A stretch of 64,000 bases of DNA, from contig NW_002060949.1 in the NCBI RefSeq assembly GCF_000150275.1, positions 2,291,836-2,355,835 of the forward strand, in the 5' to 3' direction. How positions within the stretch are numbered: the stretch's first letter is position 1; each line of letters opens with the position of its first letter. Of the stretch, positions 1 through 14,050 are shown one piece after another. A program made the translations under genes and the position numbers. Below the pieces are notes generated by a model, which was not told where the DNA came from, ran no database searches, and saw only the letters and a program-made list of their open reading frames with translations. The stretch is from Trichoplax adhaerens. Its lineage: Eukaryota; Animalia; Placozoa.

Positions 1-1
1 T

Positions 2-169
2 CGGTACAAGTTGGTTTCGTTAGTTTATATTGGCCAATTAACCAATCAAGGTGTCAAATTGGGTAGTCGTTGCTTGTGGGATCCAAGTAACGATAATTTT
101 TCCTCTCATAGTTACCAAAATGCTTCCTTATTTGCCGTAGCGACTGTCTATGGGATCTATTTAGAATAA
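2..169 (+). CDS. Tctex1-domain dynein light chain, 3' end only (5' part lies before the window)
   Basis: Frame 2 reads RYKLVSLVYIGQLTNQGVKLGSRCLWDPSNDNFSSHSYQNASLFAVATVYGIYLE*. This is the Tctex-1 C-terminal signature (RYK...GQ...SRCLWD...DN...FAVATVYG). It is not in the ORF track. Confidence 0.93.
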   Translation, partial: RYKLVSLVYIGQLTNQGVKLGSRCLWDPSNDNFSSHSYQNASLFAVATVYGIYLE

Positions 170-3100
170 AAAATAGGAATAAAATAATATAATTAGGAAC
201 TAAAACTGATTTTTTTCCCCCTTGTTCTAATCTTAGATGACGTTTCTAATTTCTCATTTACAGTAAATTTTATTTTGCCTGCTCTGTTGCATTACAATTT
301 ATTACAGCACGTTATCTGAATTAAATTGTTGAAAGGCTTTCTATGATTTTTAAAACGTAGAGTAAAATTAGTTTTCTGTTCTCCATAGCAAATGTATATG
401 TGCCCACATATAATGTATGTTACTTGTAGGATAATGTATTGCCTACTCAATTATAACAATATTACTATATTGGATAGAAAGAAGGAATGAATTATAACTT
501 TATACAATTGTTGAAAAATAACATACAAGTTAATGCCTTACATCAATAATGTATATATAGATAAATAGACACTTTTAGCATCCTGAAATGCATGAAAGTA
601 TCTGTAAATAAATCTTACTATCCATAACATGTTAAAAATATAAATTTATGCTTTCGTTGTGTAAGTAGTTAGAAAGCGATTTTTAGTTCATTTTCTGTTG
701 ACTAGGAAAATTAAGTTGAACAAATAAGCCAATTAGGAACTTTTATAGGAGTCAAGCTTGTTTTAAAAGTGTTTTTTCAATTAATGTCCAAGTTTTAACT
801 TATATTATCACAGTACCCTAACTACTACTACGAGTGATTGTTAATTTATACTATTAAATTTTCAATTTCAATTGAATGAGCTCTAAAAAATTATAACTGC
901 TACGAAAATTCGATAGAATTATTGTCTATTTTCCTGTTAACGAGCGCCAATTTCTTTCAAGTATTAATTAAATCGATCATACCAATAGACTATCTCACAC
1001 TTTGTGAAATTATTTCAGTATTCTTGTATCGAAATACGGTGCTATCCCACTATATTCTACTTCTACTCTAGCTTGGTCGTCAGAATGATTGCCAAAGAAT
1101 TTAGGGTATTGACTAGATACCGTTACTATATTACCACCAAAAGTAAATCAATGATATAGTTAAATGTTACTACAGCAACGATAATAAATACTAATTAAAC
1201 ACATCCAGATATTTTGCTATACTCATATAAGTAAGAGCAATTGCTTAACAATTTAAAGTGAATGTTACATTTATAAAGTACTTAAAGTATACTGAAATTA
1301 TGATTAATAACCAACTGGCAAAAAGCAGTTATAATTGATGTTTTAATTATGAACGAAAATAGTAGAATTAAATTTATTTTCTTCTCTTTACTCCAACTGC
1401 AATAATACCAATTGTTAGCTAATAGCTATCCTTGAAAACACCATCTATTTGTGCAAATTACTTTTTCTGTATACTAAGAAAGCAATCATTGGGACTCAAT
1501 GTCTTATTGTTATTAGAGAATCCTTTTACCGTCCATGTAATTTAAAATCAAGGATAAATAAGTAAACTAATTATTTTTCAATCAGAATGATAAATTTCGC
1601 TAGCAGTTGATTTAATCTTACAATACATACGATAAAGCTTCAATTAAGGTATTGATTTAGCACTATGTATTTATGTAGAAGGTTCAGAAGCTAAGTGATT
1701 GCATGGTTGCCAGCTATAATTTAACAGCTTTATTATAGTTACTTTTGAAGTACCGATAATTGAATCATTGTTAGGTATCTAATATAGGTGAGTAATAAAC
1801 GAGTTAATTGCTTATAGTATGCAGTGGAGTTCAATATCTTTCCATAAAACAACTAAACATTCTTAACATTTGTGAACACGATATTAAATTCAGATTTAAG
1901 CTGATATCAAAGCAATTAACAATTACCAATTTAACCCACTCTTTAATCCATAGATTGGCCCTGTACTACTGTCTAGGTACCTTATATAACTAATAAAAAT
2001 ATTAACAAGAAAAAAGGCATCCCGTATATAGTTGTTATACCCTCTTGAAAGATAAATCTGATACTGCTATAAGATCTGTATGCATACAAAACGAGATATC
2101 TGCGATTTAATAACAGCAATTGATCCAATCGGCCATGAAACAGCCTTTTGTTCACTAATATTCAGTTTTGAACTTAAATTGCTATCCAGTATTTTATTAC
2201 TTGATATTTAAAGCAATGCAGGCCGTTTATTCTCATAGGTTGCCTTTTTAATTAATAATTAATTACGAAATTAATGGGTAAAGCATGTTATCCGACTGGC
2301 AATATTAGTATAGCATGAGTAGTGCTATAGGAATCCTTCTGATAGCATTGCGTCTGTTATATACGAAAAATGAAGAACATAAATTGATAGCTGATTCTAT
2401 CTAGTTGTGAAGTATCTATTGCAGCAGATACTCTGATTAATATGGTACGATATTAGATATTATTAATTGGTACTGCTAATAAATAACTCTTATTTTTGTT
2501 CATATTACAACTGATATATTAAGTTCAACTTCTGAATTTAAGTGATTTGACTGATAGGATACGCTGTCCGATTTACTGAGTATTAACGTGATATGATCAA
2601 TATCGTTGAAATTCTGTCAGTTATCTCGCTTAGTCTGTAATAAACTAGAAATATGAATAGATCACTGATTTTGTATAGAACCCAATACTAATTCTGACAA
2701 GAAACTACTTATCCACTTGCTTAAATATATTTCTACCAATTTGAGGTATACAGTAATCAATCAACTGATTAAAATATCTATTTGATTAATAGTTTTAACA
2801 TGAAATAGAAAATATTCTCGAAACCTTTCCGATGATGTCACACATCCTGCTTGCAAGAAATAGGAATATGATATGGATCATTGATTCGGTTTAGAGGAAT
2901 CTGCATTGTTTATTAGACTAGGTATCCCGATAAAATTTCAGTTATCGATTTAGTAGAGAAATAATTTCCATATGCTCCTATTAGAGTTAATATACTGGTA
3001 CTATTGCTGCCTCTGAATAGAACGAATTGACTGAATGAGTACGTATGTTGTTAGCGTTAGGCTACTAGTGAGTAAATAATACAAATATAGTATGATAAAC

Positions 3101-6100
3101 ATTATTAAAATTCTATCGATCAGTCATCTACTTCGTGAGATTTTGAATAAAGCAAATAAGCCGACAAAGTAAGTATACAGATTAACAATGTAAATAAGCT
3201 ATGATAAATATTACTGAAATTCTTTCAGCTTAGTGGGGTATCTGTGCTTGATGCAGAAGAAAATGTAGATCGATATTTCATATATAATGTGATATAAGTA
3301 TGTCAAGTCTTAAATCAGTGATTTCAGTTCTAAGCACTGGATATAAAATCTTATTTCTAATACATTTTTTATAAAGAATTACGTTTGCTTGCTTATATTA
3401 CTTGATATTTTTCCTACTAGAAATGTTAAAGTACTTTTCAACGTTTTTTTTAAAGCATCCAAGATCGAGATTTTATGTGTTTAGTAATTAGTACCGGCAT
3501 AGGCACAAGTGGATTCATACTGCATAAGTGTTAGAATGATATATTCTGACGGATATTAGGATTATTAAAAGCAACAACTCACGACTTTTGCAAAATTCTA
3601 CTAGTTAGTCAGGTATATTATACTTTAAATTATAGGAAACTGTCTATGACATCTTCTATTCTTTAAAATCAGCGGAGATTGCATTAACATAATTTTAGTC
3701 TTTATTTAAAAAATTTATACTTTCTATAGAATCGTGTTTTACTGCTTTCTATCCATCATATCATAATGGATCTATTTTATAATTAAACAATTCAAATCGT
3801 GTTTTTTCTCGTTAAAGAGAATACATTATATCCTATTTATCAAATCTTTGATTGGATTATACAGTGTCAATTGCTCTTAACTAGTCCATAAATACTTTAT
3901 AACTAAATTACGACTAAGGGTTTGAAACTGAATTAATAGTCATTTCTGTACAGCATGATGAAGAAGAACCCTTACTGTAATCATTATCATCTGTATTTCA
4001 TTGACATTGCAGTCTTAATGGAAACTAAAGAATCGCCAGAGATCATAAAAATGGGTATGTTATTTAATTGTACAAAATATAGTCTACATTCTCCTTGTAT
4101 ATAAAGGGCTACCCGGGTAAAGTGCTCTACAATATTAGCCTAGACTGAAAGAAGTAAAATTATGAAGAGATCAGTTATAGAATTTATTTTAATTTAAAAT
4201 ATTAAACTTCAATTAATTGACATTGTAATAATGACTGAATTATCCATGATTCCTCTAGTTCTCATCAATGCTTTGATCGTCTCTTTCGCTATTCTTGTTT
4301 TATATTTCTTATCCCTCCGGACATACCAAGTAAAACTAATATTATTCATAAAAATGACACATGATCTATTACTAAAAATAAATTATCAGTTATAATATTA
4401 TCCACAAAGGAAACAACCAGGTACGTTTACTGTTGTTATTTCTAATAACTACTTATACCTACGTGTATACATGATTGACATTGATTCTTACTGTTTTGCA
4501 GCTCATTATTATAACTTATAAGAGTTCCTTCCTGATCAGACATACAAAGTAAAAACAATACTAATCTTAGCAAAATACATGATTCATTATTGCAAGTACT
4601 TCATTAATCATTATAAAATATCATAAAGGAAATAGAAAGCTCTCCTGTTCTTAATTGTAATAGTATATCTATGTGGATACTAGATTAACTTAACTATTAC
4701 TATAGGTTAGCTCATCTTACTCCTTATGTATTCTTTTCTAGCCAAATATGAACAAAATAAAATAAAATAATTGCAAAGTTCATGATTTATTGTTGTAATG
4801 CATTAATCGCAATATTATATTGACCAATTACCCCAATATAACCTACAAATCGTAATAACGTACAGCAAAAGGAATAGATAGTAGTTATGTTGCTCTCGCT
4901 CTAAAGCTACGTAAATCTTAGTGTGTAGTACTGAAAGTAGGTTTCAGCTTTTGAAATTGGTTAGCTCATCGTTGTTAGTTTATTAATTTATTCTTAACCA
5001 TATACGAAGTAAAGATATTGATATGTATGATTTAAATCGTGATTTATGGTCTAGTAATCATAATATCATACCGCCAAAAGAAATTAGATACTTATTTATA
5101 TTGTTCTCACTTACAGCGCACCAGTTACACCTATGTATTTGCCAGGCAGGCTTCAACTATTGCCCGTGGCACCATGTGACAGTTCATCTTTATTGCTTAT
5201 AAGATTCCTTTCTATCCAGATATTTTAAACAAAAATGGTACTAATCCTAGTATAATTCACGATTTAATATTATAAACAATTTATTAATCGCTGCTTGCAT
5301 GTGCTACAAAAAATATAAATATTTATCTAAGCTGCTATTCTAATATTTATGTATAGCTACATGTGTACAAGCTACTTTTACCGTTTGATAGTTCATTTTT
5401 AATATGTTTTAAATATATCTCCAGCCTTATAAACAGTAGAATTAATCCTACTTATACTATAATGCATGTAAGGAAATCGATAGATACACTAATGATAGTT
5501 TTGCCTCCATTAATTATATATACCCTCATAGACTGCAACTCTTGCTGGCTGATAGCTCATATTTTACTGGTTTATATGTTCTAATCTGATGTGTGAAAGT
5601 GAAAATTTCACTATTTATATCACAATGCCTAAATTCGTTATTAGAATTCATTAATCATTTATATACTGCAAAGGAAATGGATAAGTACTTATGGCGTTCT
5701 GACTTTGATTAATTCTTGTTCCCTACACAAATACTCCATAGGCCACAATTCTTACCGTTTGGTAGTCCATTTTACTAATTTATAGATTTATTTCCTCTCT
5801 AGAACACAAAAACGAAAATAATACTATTTATAGTATAATGTGTAATGTTATTATTGCAAGTCCTGCATTAATCACAGTATAGCCTTAGGAAATAGATAAG
5901 TAGTGGTCTTCTTACTACTAATAAATTATACCTATTTTCAGATAGGCTAGATAGATTATAGATTTATCATTCGGCATTTTAATTTCTACTACCTTCATAA
6001 TACATTACAAATCAGGTTTACATAAGTAAAGTATTAATCATAAAATGAATTATGATGATGATTACAACGAGCCCATTGAATCTTACAAGAAAAGAGAAGC

Positions 6101-7217
6101 ATTATTCTGTCCATTGAGTTAAAATAACCATAATTGTATTAGATCAACTTTAGCTATCATTATTTATATAATATTCCATTTAAATAGCTTCTATATTTAT
6201 CCTAGATTAAACATGCAAACGAAAGAAAGGTATTTGAGCCATAATTTATTACTACAGGTAACTCATGTTTCATCATAATACTGTACGCCACAAGCGAGAA
6301 TAGATATGCTTAATAGATACGGAGATTTTCCTTCTAAATTGCTAATTTCTCCAAATAGGGCTCACTTATATCACCTGATAGCATATCTTAACAACTCTGC
6401 CGTGTATCCCATTCCTAACTCGATATACTAAAGGGACACGATTCATAGAATGATGTTCGATGATAGATTATTCTAAGTACGTAATCCCTCGGTCGCTATG
6501 CTGCACGATCAAAAGGTACCTATACTATTCCTATTTCTTATACTATCAATATCAGCTAATCGCCTAATTTTACTAGCTTATAAATAAATTTAATTAAAAA
6601 GAGCTAGAGAACATAAAAATAGCTCTTGATCAATAATTTATCATTGGAAGTACTAGAACTCATTCATAATAACAATACATTACAAGGAAACGGATTAGTT
6701 TCCATGCCACTCTTATGTCATATGGTGCCACTTAACCACTCATTTTACCAGTAAATCAATTTGATTTCAAAGTAGGTATAGAAAAGTATGATAGCAGACT
6801 ATGGATAGTGCCGACTTGAATTTAGTATTGCGGATAATGAATGATCAAATTGTAACGAATAATTATGACCAAAAACAATACAACAAAGAGATTTTGTTCT
6901 TAAAACTTCTAAAAATGACGGCCATAGGTGGTAGTAAAACAACTTTTACATTGTCCAATTCTCAGCAAGAGACTTAGAGACCAATTGAAAAGATGTAATG
7001 GTGATATTGATCGAATACTGTTGATTGTACCAAAAGAGTGGTATCCAATGAAATAGATGAAATAATATTTATTTCGCCATATTCGATAATTCATTGTAAC
7101 TTGCAGCCACACTGTCGATTGAAAAATTTTGATTGTGAATGTCCATCCATTGATAAAAATTCCAACCGAAAAGAAATTCATACTACAGCAACCTATTAAC
7201 CAAGTCAAGGCAGAAAA

Positions 7218-7808
7218 ATGAGTTCTAATTTATCCACTAATATGCATACTAGCGTGTCTCATAATTGCTTTGCTAGTAAGAAAGCAAGTCTTGTACCTGA
7301 AAATAGTGTAAGTGATAAGCGTCATAGCGTTATTAAAGAAATGAGCAAAAGTAGTAGCCGTTACTTTGATTTTTTACATCGAAGATCGACTGTAAGTACT
7401 CGACCAGCACTGAGTAATTCAAATAGTAGGCAAATTTTCGAAAAAGAGCAGAAAGAAGTTCCTACCTATCAAACTGAGCCACGACATAAGTTTAAAGTTG
7501 ATGAGGTCAATGGAATTATTTATGATGTCTTAGCTGATCATCTTAAGGATAGATCTTACAGCAGTATTCATGGTGGCCAATTATCTATCGAAATGAGTCA
7601 AACTATCCAAAATGAAGTTAAATTACGGCAAAAGTTAGAACGCTATAAAATTGTAACATCAATATGGCTAGGCCAAAACAGAGGACAAGGCACAAATGTT
7701 GCCAGTCGTTGCTTGTGGAATAGTGATTTTGATAATTATGCATCGGCTACATTCACCAATGAAACGATCTTTGCTATTGGACTCGTATTTGCTACATACG
7801 TAGATTAA
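7218..7808 (+). CDS. Tctex1 domain-containing protein (dynein light chain, TCTEX1D1/DYNLT5-like), single coding exon
   Basis: 196-aa ORF with a Ser-rich N-terminus, then PTYQTEP...RYKIVTSIWLGQNRGQGTNVASRCLWNSDFDNYASATFTNETIFAIGLVFATYVD. Confidence 0.92.
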   Translation: MSSNLSTNMHTSVSHNCFASKKASLVPENSVSDKRHSVIKEMSKSSSRYFDFLHRRSTVSTRPALSNSNSRQIFEKEQKEVPTYQTEPRHKFKVDEVNGIIYDVLADHLKDRSYSSIHGGQLSIEMSQTIQNEVKLRQKLERYKIVTSIWLGQNRGQGTNVASRCLWNSDFDNYASATFTNETIFAIGLVFATYVD

Positions 7809-10800
7809 TCACTAATAGGTGAAGTTTTATCAGTTATAATCAGCTTTCAATCCATCAAATAATCCAGTCATTATCGGTCTATTCTGTACCAATTTGATAT
7901 GATAACTTCTAAATTAATCGTGACTTGCAATAGATTCTCGCCTTATCGTTAGAGAACCATTCAAAAAGCGATAATTAGTAATAATCTTTTCGTAAAGGAC
8001 TGGATTGGACGCATTCTATACTAATTTAATTAAATTATTTTGATCAAGTTAATCGACTTCATTGCTTTAATCAAGACTGTTAAAATAATTTTCACCCTAA
8101 CGCCAGAGATCCATTCAAGAAATGGCGACAGCAACTTAGAATAATCCCTTTGTGAAATTTTGGATTGGATGCTGTGGTGTCTTTATCTTCTGATATAAAG
8201 TCAAGAATATTTACCATTCCAAAAGTGAAAGATTTTTCTTTTTAGTTCGTCAACATTAAGCATCTTAATTTTATTGGTAAAGACAAGGACATTAACCTTA
8301 AATAAGTATTATTATCCGTCATCTAATTCTTAATCTAAATCTTAACCTCTTTATGTTATTGAGGACATGGAAACGAATGTCAAATAAGTGAAATGCTCAC
8401 CATGTAATGATCAAGGCCAAATTCTTTCGGATTACTGTTTGTTGTTATGTTCTTTGTAATGGAAACTAATTTGACAGGATTACTCTTGAAAATGACTACA
8501 GTTAGCTGTATCATATGGCTGCTATTATCTTTCTTCTAATTCCCTTATTATAGGGTAGGCAGTACTTGCTATTTCTTAATTTAACATTTGACGTAGCTAA
8601 GTAAAACAGGCACTATCGTCTACTTCATAAAGACTATCGAAACTACCTTCCTAATCGTCTAACTCACTCATCGTCATATTGCTGCCACAGAATGTATAGC
8701 TATGAAATGCTCCAAATAATAATCTCGCATTTGCTTATCCGATTTAAATGTCGATGTTTATCCTAATTTATTCGCTAAGATCTCTCAAAACGTCCGAATA
8801 TACATTAGATATCTTGTAATTGTGATTAAATTCGTTAAAAATAAGCTTATATCTATTCATTCTATTTTCAATATACAGTATGACAGTGATTGAAAATAGA
8901 GATGATGAGTTCATGTCTATTCTTCATTTTATTTCAATATATATTTAACATATCAAAATAGCAGTCCAGTATAGCCTGGTTAATTTATAACAGTAGAATG
9001 GGCAGAAAAGGTTTAATTTTGTCATTGCTAGATTATACAGACATATAAACAGTCTATAGTACGAATATTTAGTTCCGATAGTAATTCATGGTAAATCATT
9101 CTATATGGTTGCAAATGCTTAACTAGATTTAATCAGTTGGCGATATTGACGATAAAAAGTGTTTTATCCTTTCTGCAATGATTGTCTACTGTATGAGGAT
9201 TTTATTATATATGGCAATGTTATATCGTGTTCCATTTCTATCTTGATGATATCATTATACCGGCAAATCGGCTCTGCTAATTTTAATGGTATAATGACAT
9301 CTACTAAGCTAATATCCACTTTTAGTTTATTTATTCTTATCGTTTAGATTTAAGATTAGCTTCTACTCATACTTATTATACAGCATGACGGCTTGAATTT
9401 AATGTTCAGAGGTATCTTTATGAGTTACTGGTAAGATTGACTGAAATATCAGATGTGCCATAATCTTCGTTTTAGTATTTATATTTCTTGGATAGTAAAC
9501 TGAGATAAAGCATTAATACTTTAGGGTTATCCATTTACTGCTTTAAACTTTAATTTACTCTAGGATTTGTATCTATCCTATAGTTTCTAATCTAAGTACG
9601 TGAATATTGAATAATAATGAGCTAATAACTGTTAGATATGAACATTAAAATTGATTTCGTTGTATGCAAACAAGATATGCTATTTATGCTATGATACCGC
9701 ATTATATCTTATCCATTCACTTTTAAACTATTTTGATCGGCTGACAGTTATGTTCAATAACCTTGATTTCATCTAAAACTATACTTGATATATCCACTGT
9801 ATCTGATTGATACTTCGTGTATTAAAAACTTTCCCTCTTAGCTGTCTTGTTTCTTATCAATTATTAATTTGCCACCAGTGAATTAATTTAACCGAAGCTA
9901 TACCTTTTCGCGTACTCCTATTACGACTTTACATCACTCTTATCCGTTAAAGAGTTTCAAAATAGCTTGATTCTATAAACAATCTCTAGTTATCCAGTTA
10001 TATAATTATAAATCGATTTATTAGCTTCGATTAAGCTTACGACTACAGTTATTAAATCATTACATCCATATGTGTAACTAAGATACAAGCCTACTATTTC
10101 AAAATTTTTTATAACAGCAATTACTGTATTGTAATTCTATTAACTACGGTGGTTAAATTAGTTATTCCGTTTTTAACTATAATTCAATGGTTCAAATAAG
10201 GTAAGATCACTTTAGATTATTTTCTACTGGAAATAAATTAGCTTATAGTACGAATACATCTATTCAAATTTACTTTTGAAGATTCAGTTTTGATTGAATC
10301 CGCTCTTGACCCACTAGTGTTTTCTGATGATAAGTAATAACTTTTCATGAATATTTCTTACGCGTTGTTTGCACTTATTGTAAAGTGTACGATAGGATGT
10401 ATTTTCTTAACGCCAGATAGAGCTTTGTACTCACATTGAGTATATTGAATGACCTTTTCGATTTCAATTTTATGCAGAGTTTGTTTATTTTTGTGTTTAC
10501 TTACTATTCACATTGATTAATTTACCACTAACGAAACTAGTCTAAATAGCATTGAACTTCGAAAGTATAGAGTATTAGTGAATCGCATTTTTAATTTATA
10601 TTTATTATAGAGTAACAAATATTAATAATAATTATAGTAGCTCTTATTTCGCTGTATTCTTTTACACAAGCAAGTATGTCGGACCTATACCCGTATATCT
10701 GTGGTATTGCTACTTCTAGTCATCTCTTTAATTGTATTCAAATTTCAAGTCTGACTGATGCTAGAATTACACTGGACTCAACTGTAGGGTCGTAACCAAC

Positions 10801-11603
10801 TACGTTTGCTGTTTAACGATTCACCGAAATCTGGGCTTCCGTAGCTTGCTCCACAGTTTGTTACTGCTGGTCAAAGCTACATTAGCTTAGCCGTATTAAA
10901 ATTTAGCAGCAAGTGTGATTGTACTTTAGATTTATATATACTGTACAGTACAATTATTACTGTAATAAATTACCTATCGCTATTATCAAGTAGTAAAGAC
11001 TAACGCCGAAGTTTTTGTAAACGACAAACTCCAATGCACAAAATTAGCACAAACCTATAATGCAGAAAAAGTTCAAAAACAAAGCAGGGAAAATCTATTT
11101 TAATGACTAAATGACATTTGAAGTTAACCAAATTACTGCTTCCTATATCATCATTATATTCAACAACCAACCGGTGATTAGTCATCTAATAAAGTTTGAA
11201 TCAATTGATCGATAACAGCTAAACTAATATAGTCACTAAATCGTCGCTCGTAGTCGCTTTAAGGCCGATTAGATACGAACAAAAATGACATAAGGATATA
11301 TAAATGTGAAAAAATTTTAGACGAAAATATTACATTAGGACACTGTACAGTCATTTCTAAAGCTACTATTTTATATCATGTAATCAATATACAGCAAATA
11401 ATTACAATGTTAGGAGATTACGTAAGTGCATGCCATGAATACTAAGATAGCCACAATTGTGCACATATTGTTGATGCACCGGTATATCATCATTAATGCC
11501 AATAAACTAGGCGTCTATTAAAAAAGCACCTTCTTACGTATTGTAAAACGTACTAAGGTAACACATTACACATAGCCAATGGCTATCCAATTTTGTATTG
11601 TGA

Positions 11604-14050
11604 TTATTTCACCAAGGGTCGAATAGATTCTGAATCATCCGTGCATACTTGGGATTTATATTTGTCAACTTCAGCCATATAAGCCTTCCATGCAGAAGAT
11701 TTTTCACTGTCGTCCTATATTAGTAATTTAGTATATAGATACTGTTACGGATGAGTAGTAAGAGCATTTTAGCTATTTGTGATATTTAATTAAACTACAG
11801 CATGATTATTTTACAAACAGTACTTCTATAGAATTGAATTGCAAAATAATAGTAAGCAATGTGATAAGTTTAATTGCGATCAGGATCCAATAATTATGAT
11901 AGTTCTAAAATTTGATTTTAAGACCAACATACTGCTATTACATTTGTGAATTAGTTACCAGTCACAGTCCTGATTTCTGAACAAAAATGTGTCACTAAAA
12001 CTATACCATTAAACAGCAGTAACGCTAGTGTAAATTAATTAGTAAAGTACGCGTATGTAGTGTAACATATTAAAATGTACGATATCGATCAATCGAATCT
12101 TTAAAACAGTAACTGCATTAACAATCATGTCAGGTACATTGTGAAGTTATATGTTCAAGATTTAATACTAATTAATTCATCAATATATATATAACTATAG
12201 ATATCGGTCGAATTAATGACTGGAAAATTATCATAATTGACCATTTTCTGCAGTTTTATCTAAAGAGTCTACATGAATCAGTGCATTAGTATATATTCGA
12301 AAAGAGTCTATGATACACTATTTGATTAGATATCAAAAAAGTAACTGTAATAAACAACAATTGGTTCATTTCTGTCATTGGACTAAAATAGTAGTACAGT
12401 TTGATCCAGCCAGTAATGTTAGAATCAAAAATCAACTCTGTTAATGTATAATTTATTCATTTCTACTATCAGAGTGAAATAGTATTGTAGTTTGATGTTG
12501 CTAGTGACGTTAGAATCAAAAATCAACTCTAGCAATACATAATTTGTTCATTTCTATCATTGGAATAAAGTAGTAGTGCAGCTTGATGCTGCCGGAATCA
12601 AATCAACTCTAGCAATGTACAATTCGTTCATTTTTATCATCGGATTGAAATAATAATGCAGTTTGATACCGTTAGTGATGTCCGATATTAAAAATTAATT
12701 CTAGTACTGTCTAGCTTGTTCATTTCAATTATATAATTATAATTAATTATCGACTAAAATACTAAATGAGCGTATTATAGTCGATGGTGATGTTCGATAT
12801 CAAACTGATGCTCGTAAGGTACAATTTTATCCATCTCTAGAATCGATTAAAATACTAATATAGTAGTTAATGCTGATAGTGATGTCGAACATCAAATGAG
12901 CTGCAACAAAGTATAATTTGTTCTATTGATCATGGACTAAAGTAATACTACAGTCGATGGTGATGTTCCATATTTTACAGATTCGCATAAGGTACTGTAC
13001 AATTTTGTCCATCTCTAGCATCGACTAATATAATATACTAGTTAATGCCGGTAGTGATGTCGAATATTAAATTGGACTGCAATAGAGTACAATTTCTTCA
13101 TTTCTATCATGGACTAAAATAACATTATAGTCGATGCTGATGTGATTATTCAATATCTACTTTTCATTTCTATCACCCATAATAATTAATCAATGGATAG
13201 ATCAATAAATGATGGGTTTGTGCAGAATCATTTAGATTGAGTCAGTGATATGTTAAAGGTTGAAAATTCTACCCTAGTAAAGTACAATTTGTTCATTTCT
13301 ATGATGATTGACGATTTTACTAATCAATACAAGAAGAATCATCCATTTAATTTTATGATGATTACAGTTTTATCTACGGATTTTATTAACTACGCATATC
13401 AACTGACTTGATCTTGCTTTTGCTTTTTTGAATCGTCCTTTGAGGCATGTGAGGTACCTTTTCTCTTGGCCTAGAAATTAGAAACTTGCTAATTAATAAC
13501 TCTGTTGTTGCTAAGATTGTCGCTGTAACTTGGTGTTTGAACTTGATATATCATCCAAGAACTGTTCTAAAAATTTTTTTTGCAAGTCGATGGCGATCAA
13601 AACAATGCAATAGTAACGATCTAAAATGGATGATGGAATCGTTCTCTGGTACAAGATTAAGACTGCAGACTGTATGCACATCAGAGTACAACTTGTGGTC
13701 TAGTCTAATTGTGCATCATTGTCATCCAAAATTTAAGGATTGGATTAGAATGCTTTCAACTGTGACTTCATCCTACAGTAGAGTAGGAAAAGAAGTAGGA
13801 TAGACAACCATCTATTACTACACCAGATTGCTCATGCCTGCACCTGCAACTGATTATTTAATCTCTTTAATTTAGCTTCATTTTTTTTCTTGGTTTTCTC
13901 CTCTTTTCTCTGTTTCTCGAATTCCATTTCTTGTAATTTCTTTTTATACACTTCTAGAAAGCTTCCATCGTTGGAAAAAGTGTTGACTTTGGCGGTTATT
14001 TCCTGGTTATTTTCCTCTTTTGTATCATCGCTCGAGTTGATGGACGCCAT
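11604..14050 (-). CDS. TRIR: Telomerase RNA component interacting RNase (C19orf43-like), 3 exons: ~14050-13844, 13470-13408, 11714-11604
   Basis: Exon 1 has NTFSNDGSFLEVYKKK. Exon 2 reads AKRKGTSHASKDDSKKQKQDQ. Exon 3 reads DDSEKSSAWKAYMAEVDKYKSQVCTDDSESIRPLVK*, matching the TRIR C-terminus (AW..YMAEV..YK...C.DD...RPLVK). Phase-0 GT-AG junctions. Confidence 0.9.
12359..13300. repeat. Degenerate ~91-bp tandem repeat in TRIR intron 2
   Basis: Units start near 12359, 12450, 12541 and 12621 (aatttgttcatttctatcat...gtttgatg...gtgatgttagaatcaaaaatcaactctag). More diverged units continue to ~13300. Confidence 0.85.

Noticed and set aside
6909-7208. 99-aa minus-strand ORF next to the Tctex1 start
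   Set aside because: No motif or splice support. In-frame stops also rule out a simple upstream extension of the Tctex1 ORF.
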